Below, piece by piece: positions 28,004 through 36,866 of a DNA stretch of 64,000 bases (positions are counted from its first letter, which is position 1; each line of letters opens with the position of its first letter). Source of the DNA: a virus (Duplodnaviria; Heunggongvirae; Uroviricota; Caudoviricetes); IMG/VR virus record IMGVR_UViG_3300037883_000041; one strand, 5' to 3'. Below the pieces are notes generated by a model, which saw nothing but the letters and a program-made list of their open reading frames with translations, had not been told where the DNA came from and did not search any database. The position numbers and the translations under genes were made by a program.

Positions 28004-28442
28004 ACTGACAGAACGTGCCCTGGCTCACAAAGGCTAAACCTTGTTCCAGTGCATCCTTGATCAATACGTTCATTTTCTCCATGAACTGTATATCGGTATC
28101 CAGATAACTGACCGCCTTAAAGATGTCGATCAACCACTGGGCGAACTTCTGCTTCTGTTTAACGCCTAGGTCGTAAATCGGTACTTCCCAGCACCTCGAA
28201 TCACCCGGTACAATATTCGAAGCAGTAACCAACAGACCAAACGGCAAATCAGGACTATCGTGGGTCAGCAACGCGATTGCGCCGTTATCCGGCGAGATGA
28301 GCGTGAGCACCTTCTTTTTCTTGTACACGGAATGCATGTAGTCGAGTGAGAATTTCACATCCTCGTCATGACTGCCTGCCTCATTCATGAAGCGCGTCAG
28401 AGAATCACCGAATTGTGTCAGGCTCGACTGTCGAATCATCAT
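27978..28442 (-). CDS. hypothetical protein (154 aa)
   Basis: ORF with no recognisable motifs. Confidence 0.45.
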   Translation of the reverse strand: MMIRQSSLTQFGDSLTRFMNEAGSHDEDVKFSLDYMHSVYKKKKVLTLISPDNGAIALLTHDSPDLPFGLLVTASNIVPGDSRCWEVPIYDLGVKQKQKFAQWLIDIFKAVSYLDTDIQFMEKMNVLIKDALEQGLAFVSQGTFCQFEHKEYDI

Positions 28443-28519
28443 GCTGTACTCTCCTTGTTCAAGTTGACCTACCTCCGTACTCCAGTTAATGGGTCGAGTG
28501 CGTGAAAATCACTATTTGC

Positions 28520-28560
28520 AGCATACAGGCGGGGATTGACCCCCGCCTGCGTTTATGCCC
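28520..28560 (-). terminator. extended terminator hairpin gcatacaggcggggattgacccccgcctgcgtttatgc
   Basis: Long imperfect palindrome after the stop of the 28553..29137 gene. Confidence 0.45.
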
Positions 28561-29137
28561 GTGAAATCTCCAGGCCACGAATTGCACCGCTATCTGTGAC
28601 ATCCAGTTTGAGTCGCGCACACGGACGATGCTCACGTGTGACACGCTGACCCGCAGGAAAATCAAAGAGTAATACAAAGATGCGATCAAACAGATCCCGA
28701 CCCAGTCGCCACGCTGCGTTAGTGGCACGAAGGTTTAGCATGCCTTCGAATTGACGCGCACCGACTTCATCCATCTTGCGTGCGAGCTTGAGCTGAATCT
28801 GTTCGTTCTTGCAGAAAGGGCCTAGCAGGTTCAGAATGTCCTGGTAGGAATGCGTGTCCCCTTGAACAGAACGCAGATCATACACACCGCCGGTCCTGCT
28901 GGTTTTGATCCGAGGTGGACAGAAGCCCTCCTTCAGATTGCCACACAGTTCGCGATAGAATCGCACTCCGTAATACTCACGGGTGATCTGATCGCGATAT
29001 TCACGGTGCGTAAATGCATCCTTACCGAGGTCTTTGGCCTTGAGCTTTGCAGCTCGTACGATCCAGGCTTTGATCTTCTCGGCGTCTTCTTGAGTCACTG
29101 CTATCATTGCTACTACTCCAATATTTTGCCACTCCAT
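28553..29137 (-). CDS. hypothetical protein (194 aa)
   Basis: ORF with no recognisable motifs. Confidence 0.5.
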   Translation of the reverse strand: MEWQNIGVVAMIAVTQEDAEKIKAWIVRAAKLKAKDLGKDAFTHREYRDQITREYYGVRFYRELCGNLKEGFCPPRIKTSRTGGVYDLRSVQGDTHSYQDILNLLGPFCKNEQIQLKLARKMDEVGARQFEGMLNLRATNAAWRLGRDLFDRIFVLLFDFPAGQRVTREHRPCARLKLDVTDSGAIRGLEISRA

Positions 29138-29160
29138 AAGTCGTGTCTATAAAAAACTAC

Positions 29161-29192
29161 GGCATAGGAGGAGGCCGAAGCCTCCTCCCGTT
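29161..29192 (-). terminator. terminator: ggaggaggccgaagcctcctcc hairpin (UUCG tetraloop) followed by CTATGCCGTAGTTTTTTATAG on the minus strand
   Basis: Perfect 9-bp stem plus U-tract immediately 3' of the stop of the 29192..29668 gene. Confidence 0.65.
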
Positions 29193-29668
29193 CACTCAGT
29201 CGTGAAGTTGAACCCTGGTGCGGTGTTCGTCTGGGGCACGTTGTAAAACGTCCAGCGAATGAACTGGTGGACCCCGAAGTCCACAATCAATCCACTGGTC
29301 GGATCGAGCTTGTAGCTCATACGTGCGTAGCGCGGTTGCTTTAACGCGTTCACATCAAGCGCGACGTTGGATGCAATCACCGACATCTGCAACGTGGGGT
29401 CAGCGTAGTAATACAGAATCAGCTGATCCGACGTCACGGTGATTCCACGGCGTGCGTAATGATCGATCGTGAACTCTACAAACTTGAAGTAGCTATCACG
29501 CGCTTGCCAGCCCGGCATCGCTGTCTGGTCCGAGTAGGCAATCAGATCCGCCTCGAACTGAGCCAGCGTCACCGGCACCAGTGTCCCATTGGGTGGCACC
29601 TTACTCAGAAACCCTGCCATGTGCGTGCTCCTTATCGTGACACAGGATGAGGAGCACGCTACTGTCAC
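29192..29668 (-). CDS. hypothetical protein (158 aa)
   Basis: ORF with no recognisable motifs. Confidence 0.5.
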   Translation of the reverse strand: MTVACSSSCVTIRSTHMAGFLSKVPPNGTLVPVTLAQFEADLIAYSDQTAMPGWQARDSYFKFVEFTIDHYARRGITVTSDQLILYYYADPTLQMSVIASNVALDVNALKQPRYARMSYKLDPTSGLIVDFGVHQFIRWTFYNVPQTNTAPGFNFTTE

Positions 29669-30264
29669 TATGCCTGCATCAATGAGCGCAGTTTGGGAAT
29701 GCCGAACTCCGTGAGAAGACGACGACGTTCCTCACCCCAAACGATCGCACATTGTTCTTCATTCCAGGACTCAACGAGCTCTTTGGTGAAGTAACGCGGG
29801 TTGGTACTGCCCGCACGAATGAGCAGTGCTTCACGCGCAGGCTTGGCCAGAATCCCGACGCGCTTCGAGCCCAGAGTGACACGCTCGTCGAACGACAGCG
29901 TATCAGCTTCCAGCGACATGATGCATTCAGCGATGATGGCCTTGAGTTCGTCCCCAGTCACATGACGGTTGACCTCCACGGCTCGCATCATGTACTTGTA
30001 CCAGTGAAGACGATAACCGCTGGGCTTGTGGAAGAAAGTCGTGCGCGTTTGCACGCCATCCTGCATCACGTGGCCGCCACACATCGGACACTCCCGCTCA
30101 TCACACCAACAGTAGGGATGCATCTCGAATACGGTGTTCTCGTACTTCTCACCGTAGCCGTCGATCCCCATCGCCTCCAGAAGCGGCTTGAAAATGTCGA
30201 GCATGATGGAGCGCTCCATCATCGTGTTCACCAAGCCCAGCGAATTGCGCTTAGTCATGTTCAT
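29668..30264 (-). CDS. hypothetical protein with Cys/His cluster (HPYCWCDERECPMCGGH), possibly zinc-binding
   Basis: ORF with a CxC...CxxC motif. Confidence 0.45.
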   Translation of the reverse strand: MNMTKRNSLGLVNTMMERSIMLDIFKPLLEAMGIDGYGEKYENTVFEMHPYCWCDERECPMCGGHVMQDGVQTRTTFFHKPSGYRLHWYKYMMRAVEVNRHVTGDELKAIIAECIMSLEADTLSFDERVTLGSKRVGILAKPAREALLIRAGSTNPRYFTKELVESWNEEQCAIVWGEERRRLLTEFGIPKLRSLMQA

Positions 30265-30269
30265 CCCCC

Positions 30270-30713
30270 TTACTTGGTCAATTCCTCGGTCCGCACAACC
30301 GACAGATAGAACATGTTGCGCAACATGCCGACCGTGAGATGGCGATTAAGCAAGTGGCTATGTCCAAGGAAGAAGTAAGCGATCACAAAAGCGATCTCTT
30401 CGGTCTTCTCCGGGTCCAGTTCCCATTTCTTCACCGGCTTCATCTTGCCATCGTCGTGCTTAGAAGCATAGACAGTGATCGTGCTGGACGGGACAAACTT
30501 CTCTGCTGCTTCGCTGTATTGCAGCTCGTCCACTATCGAGACGATCAGACCACCACCGTCGTTTTCGATGCTCTTGATCGTTCCACCGCTGATCGAGAAC
30601 TTGTGGGTTTCGTGCAGCTCCAATGTCGGCAACGTGCGGCGCTCAATCGCATGCACCACGTTGTGTAACACGCGGTCCAGTCGCCGGACCTCAGTGCGCG
30701 TATTGATCTTCAT
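30270..30713 (-). CDS. hypothetical protein (147 aa)
   Basis: ORF with no recognisable motifs. Confidence 0.45.
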   Translation of the reverse strand: MKINTRTEVRRLDRVLHNVVHAIERRTLPTLELHETHKFSISGGTIKSIENDGGGLIVSIVDELQYSEAAEKFVPSSTITVYASKHDDGKMKPVKKWELDPEKTEEIAFVIAYFFLGHSHLLNRHLTVGMLRNMFYLSVVRTEELTK

Positions 30714-30800
30714 AACGGTTCCTTGTTAGCTGTAAGTTTGTTGTAGTGGGGGATACCCAAATAATGGGGTCACCCCGTAAGAAAAGCAGTACGGCATAAA

Positions 30801-30820
30801 GGGAGGCCGAAGCCTCCCTC
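30801..30820 (-). terminator. terminator hairpin gggaggccgaagcctccctc
   Basis: UUCG-loop hairpin after the stop of the 30825..31373 gene, preceded on + by cggcataaa. Confidence 0.5.
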
Positions 30821-30824
30821 GCGC

Positions 30825-31373
30825 TTAGGCGCTAGGCTGCATGCCTGTTCCGTCGTCGTCTTCCGGCACTTCAGGCAACGGAATCGCTGCCATCGGTTTG
30901 CCGTGCAGACCCGGTGCTTCCGTGTTCAACGGAATGGGCAGGTCGTACGCCGGATACATTAGCTCTACGCCTTGTCGGGGAGTCTTGATGAGACCCACGG
31001 TAGTCAGGAACATGCGCGCCACCTCGAACGAGATGTTGCCGACCTTCTTCACGTCCGCTGCGAAGATCTGATGCCAGACAGGCTCTGACTTCTCGCCGTC
31101 CCGCTTCGTTTGCACGAGGAGGATGTTGAGTGGGGCAGGCAGACGCTCGTCTTCTTCACTGGTCTTCTTGATGATCGCGAAGTGCATCTCGCGACCTTCT
31201 TGGGGCAGCTTGCATGTGAGCGTTTCGAGGATCTCGTTGTTCCAACGCACACCGCTATTGAGGGTCGTGTACGTACCGATGTCCGGCAAGTTACGACGCT
31301 CGAGGTCCATCAGCACGCGAATGAAAAGCTCGCGCTCGGGTGCGATAGCCATCCCGAAATTCTGAATACGCAT
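30825..31373 (-). CDS. hypothetical protein (182 aa)
   Basis: ORF with no recognisable motifs. Confidence 0.5.
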   Translation of the reverse strand: MRIQNFGMAIAPERELFIRVLMDLERRNLPDIGTYTTLNSGVRWNNEILETLTCKLPQEGREMHFAIIKKTSEEDERLPAPLNILLVQTKRDGEKSEPVWHQIFAADVKKVGNISFEVARMFLTTVGLIKTPRQGVELMYPAYDLPIPLNTEAPGLHGKPMAAIPLPEVPEDDDGTGMQPSA

Positions 31374-31381
31374 TCCTGCTC

Positions 31382-31516
31382 CTAGTGAAAGAGTTTGTAG
31401 ATCCCGAACCCGATACCGCCAACTACAATCACCACGACAGCCAATAAGCCGAGAGCGAATCGCAGGATGGGTCCGTTATGCGGGTCCGGTTGATTGTAAG
31501 GATCTTTCTTTTTTGC
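31382..31516 (-). CDS. small membrane protein (~44 aa; MAKKKDPYNQPDPHNGPILRFALGLLAVVVIVVGGIGFGIYKLFH)
   Basis: ATG at 31514-31516. C-terminal transmembrane helix. Confidence 0.4.
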   Translation of the reverse strand, partial: AKKKDPYNQPDPHNGPILRFALGLLAVVVIVVGGIGFGIYKLFH

Positions 31517-31523
31517 CATGTCG

Positions 31524-32369
31524 TTACTTGGTAAAGACAGTCGGACCTTGTCCCGACGTGATGACACAGTGCTCGCTGTGCTGGCAGGCGTCCGAATACA
31601 GCTTCGCTTCTTGCAGACGAACGAACTGTTCCGGGTTCATCTGCATGGCGTTACGGTACGCGTTATCTGCCAGTGCGCGAGCTTCTTCCGACTTCTGACG
31701 CTGACCTTCCGCTGCCGTTGCGGCGACCAGTGTCTTGAAGCGCTGCTGCTCGGCCGCCGTCTGATTCATCTGCAACAAGACGTTGTCGTTCGGCTTGGCA
31801 CGCCCGAGTGTCACGTCCAGAATCCGCACCGGCAAGTTGGCCGCTTTGACGACAGCCCGCACCTGATCCGTGACGGTCTGGTCGACCGTAGTCGCCGTTT
31901 CCGGATCGGACATGAGGTGGCCCATCTCCTGCAACTTGACGTTCTGTCGCACGATCATCGAGTACGGTTGCAACACATTGTTGTTGAACCAGTTGTCACC
32001 GTACTTGGAAGTCATCGCTGCTGCATCAGTGACCTGGAATTGCACCGACGTCGCAAAGTCAAGCAAGATGTTATCCTTGCTCGAAATGTCGTCGAAGTTC
32101 ACCTGGATCACCTGCGGTACCATCGAGACTTCCACCTCTTTAGTGGTATCCCAGACGAGCTCTCGACCGCTCTTAAGCGTCACAGGCCGCACGCCTTCGT
32201 GACCGAAGAAGTACGGCTGGTCGATGAAGACCACTTCACTGCCCGGCTTAACTGTCACCGAGTGCGTGAAGCCCATGTACGTGATGAGTGCCACGAGAAT
32301 GCAGATTGCCCCGAGGAGCAGACCAGCCAGCGCGGCAACCGAGATACCTTTCTTGTTGTTTTCAGCCAT
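31524..32369 (-). CDS. SPFH/band-7 (stomatin/prohibitin/HflK-like) membrane protein
   Basis: N-terminal transmembrane segment GISVAALAGLLLGAICILVALI. Core VQFQVTDAAAM...Y and the A/E/Q-rich helix TLVAATAAEGQRQKSEEARALADNAYRN are typical of SPFH domains. ATG at 32367-32369. Confidence 0.55.
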   Translation of the reverse strand: MAENNKKGISVAALAGLLLGAICILVALITYMGFTHSVTVKPGSEVVFIDQPYFFGHEGVRPVTLKSGRELVWDTTKEVEVSMVPQVIQVNFDDISSKDNILLDFATSVQFQVTDAAAMTSKYGDNWFNNNVLQPYSMIVRQNVKLQEMGHLMSDPETATTVDQTVTDQVRAVVKAANLPVRILDVTLGRAKPNDNVLLQMNQTAAEQQRFKTLVAATAAEGQRQKSEEARALADNAYRNAMQMNPEQFVRLQEAKLYSDACQHSEHCVITSGQGPTVFTK

Positions 32370-32385
32370 GATGCGAGTTGATTCC

Positions 32386-32976
32386 TTACTTGGTCGGACG
32401 AAGGTTGACAGCGTGGGACGTACCGGAGGCGAACTGATTCTGCACGTCGCCGTTGACAAGCGGCTTGTACTTGTTCAGGTCGATCTTCGGATAGCCGACG
32501 AGATGCATCATGAAACCACCAGGCATGCTGCCGAGTGCCGTCTTGTACGAGCGCGTCACGTCGATGAGCGTAGTCTGGTTGTTCTGGAATTCATCCCGGC
32601 CAGCCTGAATGATTTCTTGCAGCTTGCGATACACGGTCGAGTCGATCTGCGGGTTCTGCTCGTGGATCGCCTGGAACACTGCCTTCGCACCGTCCTTGCC
32701 GTAACGGTTCTGCAGCGCTGCCGTGATCACTTCCTTGATGTCCGACTTCTGCATGTCGGTCACCTGCGCAGCTTCCTGCACCTTCTCGGTGTAGTTCGAG
32801 AGGATGTTCTGGTTGTTCAGGTACACCGCATCGATACGTTGCTCGAAGCGATTGCCCGAGTTGTACGCACCGATGGCCGAACCCACGACGACCAGAATGG
32901 CGAGGACGATCACAACCACGATCCCGACTAATGCCAGGACCAGGGGGTTCTTGTTGCCTTGTTGCACAGTTGCCAT
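32386..32976 (-). CDS. LemA-like membrane protein (196 aa)
   Basis: N-terminal transmembrane segment followed by a Q/N-rich helical domain of LemA-like size and composition. Weak assignment. Confidence 0.35.
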   Translation of the reverse strand: MATVQQGNKNPLVLALVGIVVVIVLAILVVVGSAIGAYNSGNRFEQRIDAVYLNNQNILSNYTEKVQEAAQVTDMQKSDIKEVITAALQNRYGKDGAKAVFQAIHEQNPQIDSTVYRKLQEIIQAGRDEFQNNQTTLIDVTRSYKTALGSMPGGFMMHLVGYPKIDLNKYKPLVNGDVQNQFASGTSHAVNLRPTK

Positions 32977-32995
32977 TTTGTTGACTTCCTTTTAG

Positions 32996-33172
32996 TGATG
33001 AAAAACGACGAAGGTGATGGCCACCAGGCTGCCAATCACCGCCGCAACTGAAGCTGACCCAATGACTACGCCACGATCAATCTTAGGGCGAAACAGCGTG
33101 ACGAAGATGCCTGACAGGATCACGATCCAGGTGAACGCGATCAGGCACTTGACGACATTTATCTCGTACATT
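32996..33172 (-). CDS. possible 58-aa two-pass membrane mini-protein
   Basis: Minus-strand ORF MYEINVVKCLIAFTWIVILSGIFVTLFRPKIDRGVVIGSASVAAVIGSLVAITFVVFHH, below the track length cutoff. The overlapping + ORF 33014..33208 is probably its shadow. Confidence 0.35.
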
Positions 33173-34253
33173 AGTAACGATACCTCCGACGACGGGTCGG
33201 CTTGTTAAGCACCAGGATGCAGGCAGTGGTCGCTGCCAACGAGAGAAAAGCGATGATGATGCAGGCGCTCATTGAAGGGGTCGACTCCCATGCGAGGTAG
33301 TTGAAGTCCTTCATGTGCTTGCGAGTGAAGTCGCGATTGACCCAACCGCCGATTAACGCCGTCGTATTGACAGGGTCAAGCGTGCCTTTGTCTTGGATCG
33401 CGTCAGCCAACTGAATCTTGAAGGCTTCGTTATCCGTCCAACTAAAGACACGGGCCCAATCGACCTTCGGATAGTCAGTTGTCCCGATGACGACGACCAC
33501 ATCGTTTTTCTTGCCCCCGAGCCAAGCCGTGCGAAGAGCATTGGCAAAATTAGGGTCTTTAATAGTCGTAAGAACAATGATGACATTGACTTGTTTCCTC
33601 GGTCCAAGGGGACGCAACATCTGTGCTAACTGTTGGTCCCATGCGTTAAGAGACAACTCATCGATCTCCACCTTACCGACCGCCAAGACTCGATTGAGTC
33701 TGTAGTAGTCGTAGACATGATCCGGATAGGCGGGAATCTGTGACTTGAACTGATCGAAAGATGACTGTGCGTCCTTGTTGTTGAACAAGGAGTCCTTCGC
33801 CCCCATCACGTAGTTGACGAAGTGGTGCAACTGCGAGACGGGGTCGCCGATCTGAACGGCTGTCCAGCGCGGTGGTTCATCTACACCCTGACGATCCACC
33901 CGGCGGATCTCGATGTCGTCACCTGCGGTGTTTTCGAGCTTCCAGTCCACGTCGTGATCATGCTCGTAACAAGTCTGACATGTCTGCCTGCCGTCCTTGT
34001 CAGTCGTGCAATTACACGTGTAGCTGTGCTCGCACGCCACTTCTTCACGCACCTTCTTGGTGACTTCACCATTCCACACTTCGGTGTCGACCCGGTTATG
34101 GATCAGCACCGCCGAGTAGCCAATCACAACCACCAGCGGACCAATCACGCTCAGGAAGATGAGCACACGAGGCTCGAACTTCTTACGATGCCAGAACACC
34201 GCCCCTGCGGTGAATCCGACACTTAAGACGAGCAGATAGAGGAGGGATTCCAT
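33171..34253 (-). CDS. membrane protein with N- and C-terminal transmembrane segments and a Cys-rich extracytoplasmic domain (360 aa)
   Basis: ORF with ATG start. CEHSYTCNCTTDKDGRQTCQTCYEHDHD cluster. Confidence 0.5.
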   Translation of the reverse strand: MESLLYLLVLSVGFTAGAVFWHRKKFEPRVLIFLSVIGPLVVVIGYSAVLIHNRVDTEVWNGEVTKKVREEVACEHSYTCNCTTDKDGRQTCQTCYEHDHDVDWKLENTAGDDIEIRRVDRQGVDEPPRWTAVQIGDPVSQLHHFVNYVMGAKDSLFNNKDAQSSFDQFKSQIPAYPDHVYDYYRLNRVLAVGKVEIDELSLNAWDQQLAQMLRPLGPRKQVNVIIVLTTIKDPNFANALRTAWLGGKKNDVVVVIGTTDYPKVDWARVFSWTDNEAFKIQLADAIQDKGTLDPVNTTALIGGWVNRDFTRKHMKDFNYLAWESTPSMSACIIIAFLSLAATTACILVLNKPTRRRRYRY

Positions 34254-34260
34254 TTTGTTT

Positions 34261-34557
34261 TTAGATACCCGATCTGAAGAGAACGATGAAAAGAACTACC
34301 CCGATCAGCAGGTAGGTCCAGAGACACACCCGCCAAATAATGCGACACCTGCGTTTGCTCTTGGACGTCTTATCGTCGTAAGCGTGGAAGGGTTCGCGAA
34401 TGTACGCCCACAACCCCAAACCACCGAAGGGGATAAACAGCACCAGCATAATCCCCTGCCAGAGCAGCGGGCCGATATGTGAGCCCGTACTCACGTGGTT
34501 CTGGGTTGCCGCCATCAAAAGCAGCGTAGTAGCAGCCGCATCGATACTCATGGTCAT
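34261..34557 (-). CDS. small membrane protein (98 aa)
   Basis: Hydrophobic ORF. Confidence 0.45.
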   Translation of the reverse strand: MTMSIDAAATTLLLMAATQNHVSTGSHIGPLLWQGIMLVLFIPFGGLGLWAYIREPFHAYDDKTSKSKRRCRIIWRVCLWTYLLIGVVLFIVLFRSGI

Positions 34558-34602
34558 CCTTTTAGTTGTTGACCTTACTCGTAAGATGGCGATCGAAAAT
34601 AT

Positions 34603-35004
34603 TTATTGCACGGCAGTGCCCGACGTGCCATCCGGGCGTTCTCCTGGCAGGTAGAGATTGACGACCACGTCACTGTGTTCGTTCTCGACCGCGAAGATAC
34701 AGTCGCACTGTTTGGCAGGATGGTGCGGGGCATCACCTTGCAGCGTGACCAACAACTGATAGCCGTACACGTGCACGCCCTTGCCGGGTTCCAGCGGCAG
34801 GTTTATGTGACACTTGTGCAATTCAACTGTGCACGAAATGTCATCGGTCTCGTATGTGCGACCATACGTGCGCAGTTCGCCGGTTAGCCAACTGACAGCC
34901 AATTTGAGCATGTCGTTGCGACGATCTTCCTGGATCTTGGGACGCAGGAAGTTGATCACATCGACGAGGAAAGGCTCGGTACTACGTTCTTCAGCTTGAG
35001 ACAT
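34603..35004 (-). CDS. hypothetical protein (133 aa)
   Basis: ORF with no recognisable motifs. Confidence 0.45.
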   Translation of the reverse strand: MSQAEERSTEPFLVDVINFLRPKIQEDRRNDMLKLAVSWLTGELRTYGRTYETDDISCTVELHKCHINLPLEPGKGVHVYGYQLLVTLQGDAPHHPAKQCDCIFAVENEHSDVVVNLYLPGERPDGTSGTAVQ

Positions 35005-35129
35005 AATGACTCCGTGGGTAGGTACTCTTAGGATAATATATCGCCGTAAAAACTTCGGTTGATAAAGTAAAAACTTACTGATCGTATGAAGTGTATTTTC
35101 CGCTTCGTTTCACACCGAAAGGGGTAAGC

Positions 35130-35924
35130 ATGACGATCAGTAACAAGTACAACCGCAAGAAAAAGACGCATGATTCACGTGACCGCATCTACGAAGGTCA
35201 CAAGCGTTTTGGCGATGCGATCATCCCGCCCAAGGCTGATTTGACGCCTTATCTGGGCCCGGTATTTGACCAAGATCAAGAAGGCAGCTGCACAGCCAAC
35301 ATGTGTGCTGGTGCACTCGAGTACGAAGCCAACATCCAGAACGGGAACGACAACGCAGTGCAATTGTCGCGCAACTTCCTGTACTGGAACGAGCGTGATC
35401 TCGAAGGCACGGTCAACGAAGATTCGGGTGGCGAAATCCGCGACGTGATCAAGGTCGCCGCCAAGTACGGCGCGCCGCTCGAAACCACCTGGCCGTACAA
35501 CGAGGACAAGTTCACGCTCAAGCCGTCGCTCGAAGCCTATCAAGAAGGTCTGAAACACCGCGCGCTGAAGTACGAAGCCGTACCGCAGGATCTCACTGCG
35601 ATGAAGCACGTGTTGGCAGTCCTCAACCGCCCGATCTGTATCGGTATCACGGTGTTCGATTCGTTCGAATCCGACGAGACGATTGCTTCGGGTGTGGTGC
35701 CGATGCCCAAGGCTGGCGAGAACTGCGTGGGCGGTCATGCAGTGCTGTGCGTGGGTTACGACGACAACAAGCAGGCGTTCCTCGTGCGTAACTCGTGGAA
35801 CACGATCTACCCGGCTGCGTGGCCTGGCTCGAAAGAGCACGGCTCGTTCTGGCTGCCGTACGAATACATGATGAACCCGGAACTCGCTGAGGACTTCTGG
35901 GTGATCACGAGCGTGAACGGCTAA
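35130..35924 (+). CDS. papain-like cysteine peptidase, family C1A (264 aa)
   Basis: Catalytic motifs in the C1 order: Q...EGSCTANMCAGALEY (Gln/Cys), GGHAVLCVGYDD (His), VRNSWNTIYP...GSFWLPY (Asn/Trp). ATG at 35130 is preceded by GAAAGGGG. Flanked by hairpins on both sides. Confidence 0.7.
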   Translation: MTISNKYNRKKKTHDSRDRIYEGHKRFGDAIIPPKADLTPYLGPVFDQDQEGSCTANMCAGALEYEANIQNGNDNAVQLSRNFLYWNERDLEGTVNEDSGGEIRDVIKVAAKYGAPLETTWPYNEDKFTLKPSLEAYQEGLKHRALKYEAVPQDLTAMKHVLAVLNRPICIGITVFDSFESDETIASGVVPMPKAGENCVGGHAVLCVGYDDNKQAFLVRNSWNTIYPAAWPGSKEHGSFWLPYEYMMNPELAEDFWVITSVNG

Positions 35925-35946
35925 GCCAAAAAAGAAGGGATGTCAT

Positions 35947-35970
35947 AGAGCGGAGCCCGAGGGCTCCGCT
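35947..35970. terminator. bidirectional terminator hairpin gagcggagcccgagggctccgctc followed by TTATGCCGTTATTT
   Basis: Sits between the convergent genes at 35130..35924 (+) and 35980..36525 (-). Confidence 0.55.
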
Positions 35971-35979
35971 CTTATGCCG

Positions 35980-36525
35980 TTATTTCAACGGGTACTTCAA
36001 CATTCGAGCAACGTGTTCCGCATCCAGCGTTGCGCCGTTGAAGTCCAGGACAATATCGCCATCCATACGGTCGACGAGATTGAAGCGCACATTGTCACGT
36101 CTGCCTGCAAAATTCTCAGTTGCCTGAGGATAGAAGAAGTTGCAGCGACTGATGACGAGTTTGCCATCCTGAGCGGTGATCCAAGGCACTGGCGGACCCA
36201 TTGCATCGATGGTCCGCTGGAGTACCCTGGCAGCAGCCTGGATACCCTGATCGTAGGCTCGTTGGAAATCATGACGAGCTGGTCGAGCCGGGATGATCGC
36301 TTCGACGGCTTCGACCAACGGGTGCTTGATCGATTCGCTCGGCTGATCATCACGCGGCTTACCGTAGCTGTCGCGCAACGCTTCGAGCTGGGTCTTCAGC
36401 TCATCATGTTTCGCGATGATGCGGTCATACCCCACGATAGTCGTGCTGATGGAGTCACGTGCTGCTTGCAGTGAGCGCAGGGTTGCGTTCAGACTATCGA
36501 CCACTGCCTGTTGACTAGGCCGCAT
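35980..36525 (-). CDS. hypothetical protein (~181 aa; start MRPSQQAVVDS... chosen to avoid overlap)
   Basis: ORF with a coiled-coil-like N-terminal region. Confidence 0.4.
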   Translation of the reverse strand: MRPSQQAVVDSLNATLRSLQAARDSISTTIVGYDRIIAKHDELKTQLEALRDSYGKPRDDQPSESIKHPLVEAVEAIIPARPARHDFQRAYDQGIQAAARVLQRTIDAMGPPVPWITAQDGKLVISRCNFFYPQATENFAGRRDNVRFNLVDRMDGDIVLDFNGATLDAEHVARMLKYPLK

Positions 36526-36536
36526 GCTGCTGCTCC

Positions 36537-36806
36537 TTAGAAAAGATCCTGGATGCCGTTCGGCAACTCTTGCAGCAGGTCGTCGACCTTGCCTTCCCAC
36601 GTCGTGATTGCATTCGGGTAGAGCGTGCCCGGCTGCGTATCCTGAGCGATCTCCGAGTTCTTGCCGTAGATGATGAGGTCCGCGTTCTCCGGATTCTGAC
36701 ACACCTCACCACCGAGCTTCACGACAGCACGCGCCAGATCTTCAGCTGAGTACAACGTGGTGCCGTCGATCAGGACTTTCTTGCCCGTGAAATAAATGTT
36801 GTCCAT
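36537..36806 (-). CDS. small BRCT-like domain protein (89 aa)
   Basis: GKKVLIDGTTLYSAEDLARAVVKLGGEV...NADLIIYG matches the BRCT pattern (G-K-x-hydrophobic-x-x-G / LGG / D-hydrophobic-hydrophobic). Confidence 0.35.
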   Translation of the reverse strand: MDNIYFTGKKVLIDGTTLYSAEDLARAVVKLGGEVCQNPENADLIIYGKNSEIAQDTQPGTLYPNAITTWEGKVDDLLQELPNGIQDLF

Positions 36807-36866
36807 GCTTTCGTCCTCCTTGTTTCGTTGAAGGAGGAGAGGGTCCGCAACCCTCTCCTGTCCTAC

